DNA of 63,722 nucleotides, filler included, from Pirum gemmata (taxonomy: Eukaryota): the NCBI GenBank assembly GCA_002812295.1. It is 15 parts of 15 records of this genome, joined end to end, with 100 filler letters (N's around TTAATTAATTAA, not from the genome) between each part and the next. Parts side by side here need not be neighbours in the genome. Positions count along the whole stretch, not along the records: positions 50,627 to 54,631 come from PDIN01001578.1; positions 54,732 to 60,173 come from PDIN01001579.1; positions 60,274 to 63,722 come from PDIN01001690.1; 12 more parts are not named here. One strand, written 5' to 3'. The notes under the pieces were generated by a model. It was not told the DNA's origin. It saw only the letters and a program-made list of their open reading frames with translations, and did no database searches. This document shows positions 53,036-63,722 of the stretch, in pieces; position 1 is the first letter of the stretch, and each line of letters begins with the position of its first letter. The translations under genes were made by a program, and so were the position numbers.

Positions 53036-54947
53036 GAAGATTCTTTCAAATCCAAAATAGGCTGAAATTGGTACTGAAATTGGCACTCAGAAATTGGCAG
53101 GGGAAATTGTTATGATGAATTCTGGATAATTACGATAATACAGTGATAATATAGTATAATATAATCATATAATTCATTTTATGATAATATTATGGTCTAT
53201 TATGTATCGTATAGTCTATTAACTGATTGATTGATTGATCATACATATTATGAATCATTTATGATAGACTATAAGAATATAGAGTCCATCATATATATTC
53301 TGACTATTCCGCAAAAAGTGTCTATTCTATAAATGTACATGACATAAGCTATGACATACATCATTAATAGAGACTAATGTATATTGTTACATGAATTATA
53401 AATAAATCTATATCATATAACTATCATATATCATATATATGATATATATTCTAATAGATATAAATATACAATATTATAAATTATATTGACAGTAGACATG
53501 ATAGGCTAGACCAGACCCCCCCCCCCCCCCCCCACCTCTAGAGCTAGTAGCAAGTCTCCCATCCGATAGATAGCTAAGTCTACTAGTCTATGATACTATC
53601 ATAATAGTAGTAGACACTTATTATTATACAGTCTTAGCATCTGGTAGAGTCTGGTAGACTAGCAGTTCTAGCTATCGTAGATGCATAGCTAGGCTTCAAA
53701 AACCGCTCAAAAACCGCCTCAAAAAGCTTCAAAAAGCTTCTTGAAAAAAGCTTCAATAACGACCACCCACTACTACTAATGTTGTAGGTACTAAGGAAAG
53801 GCGAAATATATATCATGGCGTTTTTTTACACTTTATATATAGTAGAAGAGGTAGTTAAAATAATGGTCAGGTTTGCTACCAAACTCAAGGTCGATTAACT
53901 TATAACTCTTATTTATAACCAAGTTTTAATTAATAAAGACGTAAAAGTTTCAAGTCAATAGCTCTATTTTTCAGAAAACAATTATATAGTGAAAATGACA
54001 CTATGTAACTAGGACAATATACATAGCGTTTCAGTACCTGCAACACTATGATAGACTTGTTTGTTGTATCGATAGTAGACTTTTAGTTAGACATGAGGAC
54101 TTAGACAGCTCTTAGTAGACTTATGTACTCTAGTAGCTACTATCATAGCTTTAGTGAGTCTACTATTCATAGTTATTATCAGATAGCTAGCTAGTGATAG
54201 CTAGTAGTACTACTAGGCCTAGTCCAACAGAAACGCTTTTCCATTCTCTTCCATTGGGTAACCATTTTATAAAATATAAAATTGTGTTTTCATACCAATC
54301 AAAAGACTTCAAAATATTCAAAAGATTCCACAAAGAATCAAAATTCCTCAAAATTCCATTCTTTATTTTTCCAGTGTTAGCATAGGCTGACACAGTTGCG
54401 TTCTTTTTTACTCTATTTTTTTTCAGCTTGAGCTCGTGGAGTTTTTATATGTATTCGAGCTCTAGAGTCTACTATAAAATCTCTTGCGAAACCCAAATAT
54501 TGAGCGAGCCATGAGTGAGCACCATCAAGCTGAAAACAATACTAGCTAGCTAGTAGTAGCTCTAGCTAGCTAGCTTGTACCTAGCTAGCTAGCTAGTAAC
54601 TTAGTTAGGGTTAGGGTTAGGGTTAGGGTTANNNNNNNNNNNNNNNNNNNNNNNNNNNNNNNNNNNNNNNNNNNNTTAATTAATTAANNNNNNNNNNNNN
54701 NNNNNNNNNNNNNNNNNNNNNNNNNNNNNNNTATTAGTTATTATTATTAGTTATTATTATTAGTTATTATTCTCATTATCATTATCATTAACATCAGCTT
54801 ACCATTACCACCATTATCAATAATAACATTACGTACACAATGATCAATTCATATTATTATTTTATTATTATACTTAAAACACAATTTAAAAAAATCACCA
54901 TTAATCAATTAATAACATTATATATATATTCATATTTCAAACATTAG

Positions 54948-55928
54948 GTTACTATAACAGTTACGCCAGGACCTAGCTATACTATGAGTGTTCATCCTAT
55001 TGGGTCAGTAGTAACTTTTATATCACAAAACCAATACTTAACTTTCGAAACTGACTATTCGAATAACTATATCAAAGACCACCCTGTACATATAGATATT
55101 TCAATCCCACACGATAAACTAAAAAGCGTAGTTGCAAAAAATGACTGCAATATAATTGTTAACGAAGGATTTACAGCAATACAATCATTAGAAGCTGAAA
55201 ATAAAGCTTTGCTTGTAGTTGAAGGGTTTCAACCTTCTAATCATGCTAGTCTTGAGATAGTTAATGCGGAAAGTGGGGGGCAAATATCGTTAAGTATGGG
55301 TTATTATGTACCGATTGAAGGGAAACCAATGGCTAATTATCAACTTGGCGGTGTTAATGTTGATGGGGATGGAAGTGTAGCTGTAATATATGCGAATGAA
55401 AATGTTAATGTCAATGTTGAAAGTTTGAATGTTCATAATGATGGCAAGCTTTCGATTGTTGAAACAACTAGTTCTAATAAAAATAATAGCACTAGCACTA
55501 ACAACGTCAATACTGTGTTTAAGAGTGTGAGTATTACGAGTGGTGGTTTGTTTACCGGTGAAGTGCATGGTTGTGAAATACAAGAGTTAAATGCTGATAA
55601 TGGTTCTGGTATGTATTTTGGCTGTGAAAAGGTTAAGAATAAGAATGTTACTAATACACCTGAATTTACTGAAAGTGTTCATAATCAACTGAAAGCAGTT
55701 GATGTAGATGCTAAAAGTTTTCTAGAGAGCATACCATCGTGTGCGCTAGTTAATATTTATTCTAAGTGTGGTAATGGTATTTCGCCTTATACCTTACCCA
55801 TTGAAGATGCTTGGAGAAAAGAAGTTAAAGACGCCAATGAAGCACAAAATCGAAATAGTGGCATTGTGAATAGTATTGCTGTTACTACAGTTATGGTTGT
55901 TGTTTTATCAGCGGCTAATTTATTCTAA
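54948..55928 (+). CDS. Terminal exon of a beta-solenoid (GIN/DUF2807-like) surface protein with a hydrophobic C-terminus (possible GPI signal)
   Basis: TAG acceptor at 54945-54947 in frame; HIDISIPHDKLKSVVA and repeated V/L-x-V-x-x-x-G-x-L/V strands; ends SIAVTTVMVVVLSAANLF. Confidence 0.7.
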   Translation, partial: VTITVTPGPSYTMSVHPIGSVVTFISQNQYLTFETDYSNNYIKDHPVHIDISIPHDKLKSVVAKNDCNIIVNEGFTAIQSLEAENKALLVVEGFQPSNHASLEIVNAESGGQISLSMGYYVPIEGKPMANYQLGGVNVDGDGSVAVIYANENVNVNVESLNVHNDGKLSIVETTSSNKNNSTSTNNVNTVFKSVSITSGGLFTGEVHGCEIQELNADNGSGMYFGCEKVKNKNVTNTPEFTESVHNQLKAVDVDAKSFLESIPSCALVNIYSKCGNGISPYTLPIEDAWRKEVKDANEAQNRNSGIVNSIAVTTVMVVVLSAANLF

Positions 55929-56833
55929 ATCTAAATAATTAACACTTTGAACTAAATATAATATAATATAATATAATATAATTTAGTATAGTATGTATAG
56001 TATTAAAATAAACANNNNNNNNNNNNNNNNNNNNNNNNNNNNNNNNNNNNNNNNNNNNNNNNNNNNNNNNNNNNNNNNNNNNNNNNNNNNNNNNNNNNNN
56101 NNNNNNNNNNNNNNNNNNNNNNNNNNNNNNNNNNNNNNNNNNNNATTGGTTTAATGATTGTAAGAAATAATGAATAATTGAATATAGATTGGTTTAATGA
56201 TTGTAAGAAATAATGAATAATTGAATATAGATTAATTTAATGATTGTAGGAATAATTAATTGAATAATTGTAAGAGTAATAAATATTAATAATAGAATTA
56301 ATGATTAATATTGATTGTATGTTGTAAGTATATTGATTATAATAATAATAATAACTGTACTTATTATTATTATGTATTGTTGAATAGTCTATCAAGAGTG
56401 AATAGTCTATCAAGTGGGAACGGAGTGATAGTGGTAAAGTCTATCATAATGGAATAATATCATAATGGAATAGTATAAATAGAGTAAGAAAATTGAAAAG
56501 TAGAAAAAATCCTCTTGAAAATTGGGAATTGGAAAATCTCTCATGAAAATGGAGAAATGTGTAAAAGTAAAATTTGTGTTAAAAAAGAGTTAAAAAAGTG
56601 TAATTTTGATATGTTGTAGTTTTAGTATGAACGATAAACCAAACAATAAAGTAAATTTTGCAATTAATATTATGAGTTGATTATTTAATATTAATAAGTT
56701 TTAATAATATAAAATAAACAAAATAATAATAACCAAAACAACACAATTAATTTTTTTTAAAAAAATAACCCAATAAAATTTAAAAAAATGATTTTTATAA
56801 GTTATAACACTTTTATAACATTATGGGATTGCT

Positions 56834-56871
56834 CAAGGAAGTCTCAAGGACTTCAAAATTTGAAGTCCTTG
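56834..56871. mobile_element. CAAGG...CCTTG micro-element with 7-bp TSD GATTGCT
   Basis: GATTGCT|CAAGGAAGTCTCAAGGACTTCAAAATTTGAAGTCCTTG|GATTGCT. Confidence 0.75.
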
Positions 56872-57404
56872 GATTGCTCAAAAAAAAAAAAAAAAAAAAA
56901 AGAGCATTTCGATTATATAAGGTAACGCCAACTTCCCGTCAAAAAGGAGTGAAAAAAGTGTGAAAAAGGCCAAATTCTGCCCGGCCAGAATTCGGAGAAG
57001 TCTAAAATACCAATCCCGAATACAAGCGGCAGTGGAGGCTGTAAAGCCTCTAATTTCTATTCGTCCATTTCTTCTTTTTCTTTCGATTTTTTTCTTGTAT
57101 CGTAACCAATAGCTGATGGTATACTATGTTTATTTTTATTTGATTTGGTAAAGTTACAAACCAATAGAAACCAATAACAATTCTATTTATCTCTTTGCTA
57201 AACCAATAACAATTCTATTTATCTCTTTGCTTTTCTTTTATTTGATTGTTTCGTTATGTTTTATGAATCAATAAGTATGATAGATACGATATGATATGAT
57301 TGGGTACTGATTGGGTACTACCGATACATCTGACCAATACATCTTGTGCTTTACATTTATTTGTTTGGTAGAGTACTGGTCTCTACTACTACCTCTTCAT
57401 TATA

Positions 57405-57456
<52 letters not shown>

Positions 57457-57867
57457 TAATAATAAAAATAATAATAAAAATAGTTATAATAATAGTTATA
57501 ATAATAATAATAATAATAGTAATAATAATAATAATAATAATAACAAGAATAAGAATAATAATATATATATTTGTTTTTTACACTGCTGCTTTTATTGTTG
57601 CATTTGCGTCATAGTATTATCATATCGGCATGATTATTATATCGGTGGTTCTTGAAAAATCTAGAAAAACAGAACATGCCAGGATTTCTTTTTACATCTA
57701 GTACAAATAGACGTACTAAAAGAATTTCTTATTTTTGTCATTACTAAACTTCTAGGAATATTGTTGGTAGGACACATGACTACTATTATTATGTTCATTA
57801 TTTACCACTATTACTATTCTCAACTATTAATTAAAGTAGTATAATTATTGTAATTATTTAACATACA

Positions 57868-59820
57868 TTAGACGCCCTTAATCATATATAGAGAATCAAA
57901 ACCATACCCCGCTATCCCGTTGATAAACATACCAATAAGAATACCCTGGCATACCATACTAACTCGATCACGGAAACGTGTAAACGGTAGTAATAATAAA
58001 GCCAATGTGTAGTGATGGAAGTGAAAATTCAAGGTGTTGGAAAAGAGCATAATTATGCCTGTTGTAGTACCAATAGCAAATGCTAAACATGTATATCCTA
58101 CTGCGTACCTAATTATCAATTTATGCTGGTAAATCAATCTTAAGTGGTACCCTATCAGTGCAACTAAAATAATAAATATCAATATGACCATTATCCACTG
58201 GGCTGGGTTAAAAGAAGAAAATCCACTGTTTCCAAAGCTGATACTGAAATCGAGTATCGGCTTTACAAAATTCATATGCAAAGCTAAAAATATGGGTATA
58301 ATGTATAACATAATTGTATCAAAACTATAATTTATGTTAGAAACATCAAATAATGTATACTCTACGATCATAGCGTAAATAAAATAGCAACAAAAGAGAT
58401 AAGGGAAAAACTGTGCTAAAGTGTGTTGCGTCCAATAATTCGTGTAATGAGGTTGGCTGTTGAATACTAAATACCAGTATAATAAAGATATAGTCACAAA
58501 GAATAAAACTATTTTATCTGGTCCGAAACAGACAAATATACTTAAAAATAAAATGGTTATAAAAAAAATTACTAGATTATGATACGAGCAACGGTGACAT
58601 TGTAACCCTTCTGATTTAAATTGGTAAATATATTCTTGTTTTGTTTCGGTATATCGAGCAATATTGTCATTATTATTCTTATCATCACTGTTTTCAAAAT
58701 TAAAATTAATTTTCGAACTTTTAACTTTTCTTACTAACGTGCACCCACCATGCATTGACCCAACAGCATGTATTTCAGCCGCCGCTTTACAAAAGGCTGT
58801 GTCTTTCGAAAAGAACGGAGCACCATCTTCAGATAACAACATATTCATAGTTCCCTTTTTTCCTAAAAATGAGCACATGAACCCACAACGAACAGGCTTC
58901 CACTCTGTAGTACTAATATTAATCATATCAATGTTATGGTCAATGTGTAAATTATCAACTTGATCATTTTTGAAGGTCATATTGTTCGCATCAACATCTT
59001 CAAAACTTTTGTAACAATCCACTATAAATGGTTCTCCATAGCCTTCTACACTAGCACTGTCGTTATTCACTTTATACAACAATGCATACACAAAAGCAAG
59101 TAACGTTAAATATACCACGTGGAGCACCCTTCTGTATTTTTTAGGAAAAGTTTTGTTAAAATATTTATTACTATAGTCTTGGCTACCTCGATCCTCGTTA
59201 CAACTACGTTTTTTAATCCATTTCCATAACATAGGTGCCGGATAATATTCCAATGATTTTAGTCTGTCACTTTCATCAGTAATATCAGAAACGCAATTTT
59301 GATGCTCTAAATCGTTGTTTATTAATAACAAATTCTCATCATCATCATCATCATCATCATCATCGTCAACGTCATCATTACTCTTTATCTTGTTTGTAAA
59401 CTCATCCTCATTACTAAATAAAAAAACGTTCTGCTTACTAGTATTTCCCACCAGGTCATGTTCTATATCTAAAATACTGTGTGGTTTGTGTACATTTTTA
59501 GGACTTTCTTTTAAACACAAACTTTCATCATTTTCTTCATATATATAATTGTTGTCATTAGTGTTATTGTTGTTGTTCGTGTCATCATCATTATTTTCTG
59601 TGTTGTTGATTTTTCGTTTAATAAATGCTTTGATTGACGGTATCGATATTACTCCAAATGATTTTTGAGAAGTATTTGATGGTATAGAGTTTGTATCGAA
59701 ACTAGACGAGGTAGAAGAAAATGATGCCCCAGAAGAAAAGGAATTGGCAGAAGACCTTCTTCTTACTATAGTTGTGGGCACAGTATCATTTTGGCACTGC
59801 ATACTTAGAGGAGTTGTCAT
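57868..59820 (-). CDS. LCCL-domain polytopic membrane protein
   Basis: Likely ATG at 59820 (the ORF-track start is GTG); low-complexity N-terminus, a TM helix, FSKDTAFCKAAAEIHAVGSMHGGC (LCCL-like), then about 8 TMs ending HFHHYTLALLLLPFTRF...QGILIGMFINGIAGYGF as in fungal-type LCCL membrane proteins. Confidence 0.8.
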   Translation of the reverse strand: MTTPLSMQCQNDTVPTTIVRRRSSANSFSSGASFSSTSSSFDTNSIPSNTSQKSFGVISIPSIKAFIKRKINNTENNDDDTNNNNNTNDNNYIYEENDESLCLKESPKNVHKPHSILDIEHDLVGNTSKQNVFLFSNEDEFTNKIKSNDDVDDDDDDDDDDENLLLINNDLEHQNCVSDITDESDRLKSLEYYPAPMLWKWIKKRSCNEDRGSQDYSNKYFNKTFPKKYRRVLHVVYLTLLAFVYALLYKVNNDSASVEGYGEPFIVDCYKSFEDVDANNMTFKNDQVDNLHIDHNIDMINISTTEWKPVRCGFMCSFLGKKGTMNMLLSEDGAPFFSKDTAFCKAAAEIHAVGSMHGGCTLVRKVKSSKINFNFENSDDKNNNDNIARYTETKQEYIYQFKSEGLQCHRCSYHNLVIFFITILFLSIFVCFGPDKIVLFFVTISLLYWYLVFNSQPHYTNYWTQHTLAQFFPYLFCCYFIYAMIVEYTLFDVSNINYSFDTIMLYIIPIFLALHMNFVKPILDFSISFGNSGFSSFNPAQWIMVILIFIILVALIGYHLRLIYQHKLIIRYAVGYTCLAFAIGTTTGIIMLFSNTLNFHFHHYTLALLLLPFTRFRDRVSMVCQGILIGMFINGIAGYGFDSLYMIKGV

Positions 59821-60988
59821 GATTTCTGTTGGTTTTACCAGTACTAGAAGAATACTATAAATGAATGATATCTCATAAAGATGAACAATGTGATAAATGC
59901 GTATATTCACAATACAATTAAACTAACAACTGTACAAGAAGAATACTGTAAAGGAATAATGCTATATCATAAAAAAATGTGATAATGTATACACTATATT
60001 TACATGGAATGTTATGTACAAATAGGTGACTAAATCTTTGTAGATGGATATAGAAACAATTATAAATATTGTTGATAAAACAAAAAAAAAAGTAACAAAA
60101 AAAGTTAAACCAAAAACCAAAAACCAAAAACCAAAAACCAAAAACCAAAAACCAAAAACCAAAAACCCACAAANNNNNNNNNNNNNNNNNNNNNNNNNNN
60201 NNNNNNNNNNNNNNNNNTTAATTAATTAANNNNNNNNNNNNNNNNNNNNNNNNNNNNNNNNNNNNNNNNNNNNGGTTTAGGTTTAGGTTTAGGTTTAGGT
60301 TTAGGTTTAGGTTTAGGTTTAGGTTTAAATGGCCAGCTAGCTTTTTATAGAAGTTATATTAATATTAGCTCTAGTTTTTAAAATAAGTTTGTTTGTTTTG
60401 TTTGTATGTTTGTGCGTTTGTGCGTTTGTGTGTGTGTGCGTTTTTGTGTTTGTATATTTCAAAGGTATATTATGTTTGTATATTTGTATATATGTATGTT
60501 TGCATGTTTATATGTTTGTGAGTTGTTTGTGTATGTTCGTATGTTTGTATTAATATGTGGGTTTGTGTGCATGTGTGTGTGTATGTTTGTGGGTTTGTAG
60601 GTTGTATGTTTGTGGATTTGTATAGTTTTATGGTTTTATGTTTGTATGTTTGTATGTTTTTATTTTGGCTAACGGCAACGTTGTATGTTTGTATGTTTAA
60701 AATTGTATATTTGTATATATATAATAAAATATACCAAATTAAATGAAATGGATTTATATTGTATTAATTTGGTACTATTTATTGTATATTTTATGATGAC
60801 AAAATAACTGAAAAGCACGATAGCTAGCTCATAGCTAGCTAGAGGCTAGGGTAGTGTTTTAGGGTAGTGTTTCCTAGCAATCCTAGGTAGTGTTTCAGTT
60901 TTTTTTTTTCTCGTTAGAAAAATCCACGAGCAAAAAAAACAAAAAAAAAAGCACTTTTTAGCAAACATATATAGCAGGCTGGGGTCTA

Positions 60989-61180
60989 TCGTTGCTTTTC
61001 AGTTGTTTTGTCACGTGTATACAAAAAAGAGTACCAAATTAATACAATATAAATCCATTTCATTTAATTTGGTATATTTTATTATATATTTATTTATTTT
61101 TGAAGTATCAATTTAAATATTACAAACAACCAAATAAATATTCGGGGTGACAAAATAAACAAAATAAATGAGAAGCACAA
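60989..61180 (+). mobile_element. MITE family A full-length copy (head-to-head with 60718-60820)
   Basis: TA|TCGTTGCTTTTCA...TGAGAAGCACAA|TA. Confidence 0.85.
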
Positions 61181-62063
61181 TAATTTATAGACTAAATAAC
61201 ACTTTCTCAAGTTGAATCTCAACTCAACTTCAATGCCATTGAACAAGTTTACATTTTTTAAAAAAAAAATACAAGGCACAACCAGTGCACAACCGCACAA
61301 CCAGTGCTTTTCTCAAAACAAACCAATCAAAAACTCTGTAATCAATTTTTTGGTATAAAAAAAATAAAATAGATAAAATAAAAAAAACTGAGAAAGAAAA
61401 GAAAATGAAAAAAAAAAAATTTTCTTTCCTCTCTTCTTTTTTCCCTTCTTCCAGTCTTTTTCCAGCTTTTTTTTTTTGCCACCATATTTTTTGTTTATCA
61501 TTCATTGCTTTCGTTGTTTTCGTTTTTTTTTCCTTATATATAGCTAATATAGTGCTAATATAGTGTTTTAATAGTGTTAATATTGTCATAAATCAGGTCA
61601 CAGATTCAGGTGGCTTTTGTAGTTGTGGGTGGAAGGGGGGCCTGAAAGAAAAACCAAACTTTAAATTTTAACAGGCTTACAGATTCTTACAGAATCAATA
61701 CATACAGCCTTAGTTACAGCATGAGACCTACCTCATGGTTCAATACAGGAGATAGATTCTTTCAGGCGAAAATATAGTACTAATACTAGTTCTAATACTC
61801 TATTATATGATTTTTATTGTATATATCTGATAGATGTATACATAACAAGTAGTTTTTTTGTATTGCAAAAGGGAGTTGAACTAAATTGGTAAGTGGTACG
61901 TAGCCTTCATTTAAAAAGAAGTGCTGTTTTTGTGTATTACCAAACTTTGTTTTTGTTTTCTAACATTTGCAAACAGAGTCTTATTAACAGACTTCAAGAG
62001 ACAACCGATTAAAATATTATCATATCAGATAGATATATAAAACAGTAATAACCAAGCCACAAA

Positions 62064-62127
<64 letters not shown>

Positions 62128-63603
62128 TGATAATTATAAAAGCTCGAACTTTTGTAGAAATTAGGTGCGTGACTTAGGTGTCCCTGTTAGAAAAAATCAA
62201 GTCCAAATTATTCATTTTCATTGGTCAAATCATCCGGCAGACTAGTTATGATACTACCGGTAGGTCTAGACTCAGGACTACCGTAGTTAGACTGACACTA
62301 CCGGCTGGTATGATAGCGAGCTAGCTACTAGCTAGCTAGGTAGAGACTTGAGAAGTTGAGAGGGGGTTTAGGAACTTTAGGGGCCTTTAGGCTTTGGGCA
62401 GTCTTTGGGCCCTTTAGGCTTTTTGATGATGACGAATCATTTATGTTGATTTAAAATTCGAAAATGAAAAAAAGTTGATTTAAAATTCGAAAATGAAAAA
62501 AAAAAACTACATCGAATCGATGATCGAGCCACTAAAAAAAATCTCATATAGTTAGAAAACAAAAATCCTTTTTTTTTCGAGGGGAAATAATTAGTAAAAT
62601 AGTCTGGATAGTCTAGATTTACATTCTGTGGCTTCAGTTTGGCTTTTGTGGGCTTAAAGTTATAATCTCGCCACAAAATATAAATCCTCAGTTTTTATTT
62701 TTTTTTTTTTTTAATTCTTAATTTTTTTTAATAATTATTACTACTAAACAAAACACATACACAAAAATTAACGAAGAAATAATTTATAATTTATAATCAT
62801 TTTTAAGCAGTTGTACTATTACAAACTGAATAAACATTACCGTGATCGATGTCATCCTAGACATATTTGCTATCATATGCATTACGTAACGACCATGTAT
62901 ACACTATAAATTTAATATTGAATCAAATTCAACATATTATAAGACAATTATTTTAAAAATTTAATTTAATAATAGTATACATAAACATAAACATGAGAAT
63001 AAACATAATTAGAAACATAATTAGAAACATAATGAGAAACATAATTAGAAACATAAATTTAAAAATAAATATAAACATAAACAAACACTTATAGAATTAA
63101 TCGTGATAACATTATCATAGATTGTTATCATATATTATATATTAATAAAATTCGAAAGTTTGTCACAATAAATAAGCACTACTTAATTTATAAATTTATA
63201 TATGAAACTTAATTAATTAAAAGCTTCGAAAACTATCGGTATATCTACTTCTTTTCCCTATAATATTACATAGCTACTTGTCCAGCATCGATAATTAAAC
63301 AACGTTTCAACGAAAGGTGCTATCATACTGAAACAAATTAAAGAGAGTCATTTAGAGATCTCATTTATACAACAAAAAAAATGAACTCGTTGATTTATAA
63401 ATTATAAAAGTCAAGTTCAATTTTTTGCTATGATAAATGTTTCATCAAGGGCCCAAGGGGTGGTATACTGGTGGTATGCACATAGAGGGGTCTATTAGCT
63501 GGTCTATTACTGGTCTATTTCAGTTTTTTTTTATTTATTTATTTATTTATTTTTTATTTATTTATTATTTTTTTTTTTTTGTCATATCAAGGTCTTCAAA
63601 AAA

Positions 63604-63642
<39 letters not shown>

Positions 63643-63722
63643 AACAAGGATTTTAAAAAAAAAATTTTTTTTTTTTTTTTTTTTTGAAGTCCTTGGACAT
63701 AGACCCAAAAAAAAATTCATCC

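Noticed and set aside
58664..59548. Antisense ORFs over the LCCL gene (and similar ones over msrA, 10383 and 50745)
   Set aside because: Shadow frames of real genes with no independent support.
1..63722. Genome-wide alternative genetic code
   Set aside because: Well-supported genes read cleanly in the standard code, use TGG for Trp and end at TAA.

Overview
Very AT-rich eukaryotic (probably unicellular) draft-genome scaffold using the standard code and GT-AG introns, interrupted by many N gaps that carry an artificial TTAATTAATTAA spacer. About a dozen genes or terminal exons are supportable: MsrA, an acyltransferase-3 membrane protein, an LCCL-type polytopic membrane protein, a duplicated 2x4-TM MARVEL-like protein, two convergent GCC2/GCC3-type Cys-rich type I membrane proteins, a GPCR-like 7TM gene with a disrupted 5' part, a secreted polyQ/Cys-rich precursor, a TSP1/mucin/coiled-coil protein, a GIN-like surface protein, and a Cys-rich surface protein built from symmetric phase-1 exons that are all multiples of 147 nt. 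The intergenic DNA is dense in transposon debris that the ORF track misses: at least six MITE-like families, a decayed IS630/Tc1/mariner transposase, a non-coding LTR element with a PBS, a probable 5'-truncated LINE end, 23-43 bp CAAGG...CCTTG micro-elements with 7-bp target duplications, a ribonucleotide reductase R2 gene fragment, and many interstitial TTAGGG arrays. All family assignments come from reading motifs by eye; no searches were run. No rRNA, tRNA or CRISPR array was recognised.
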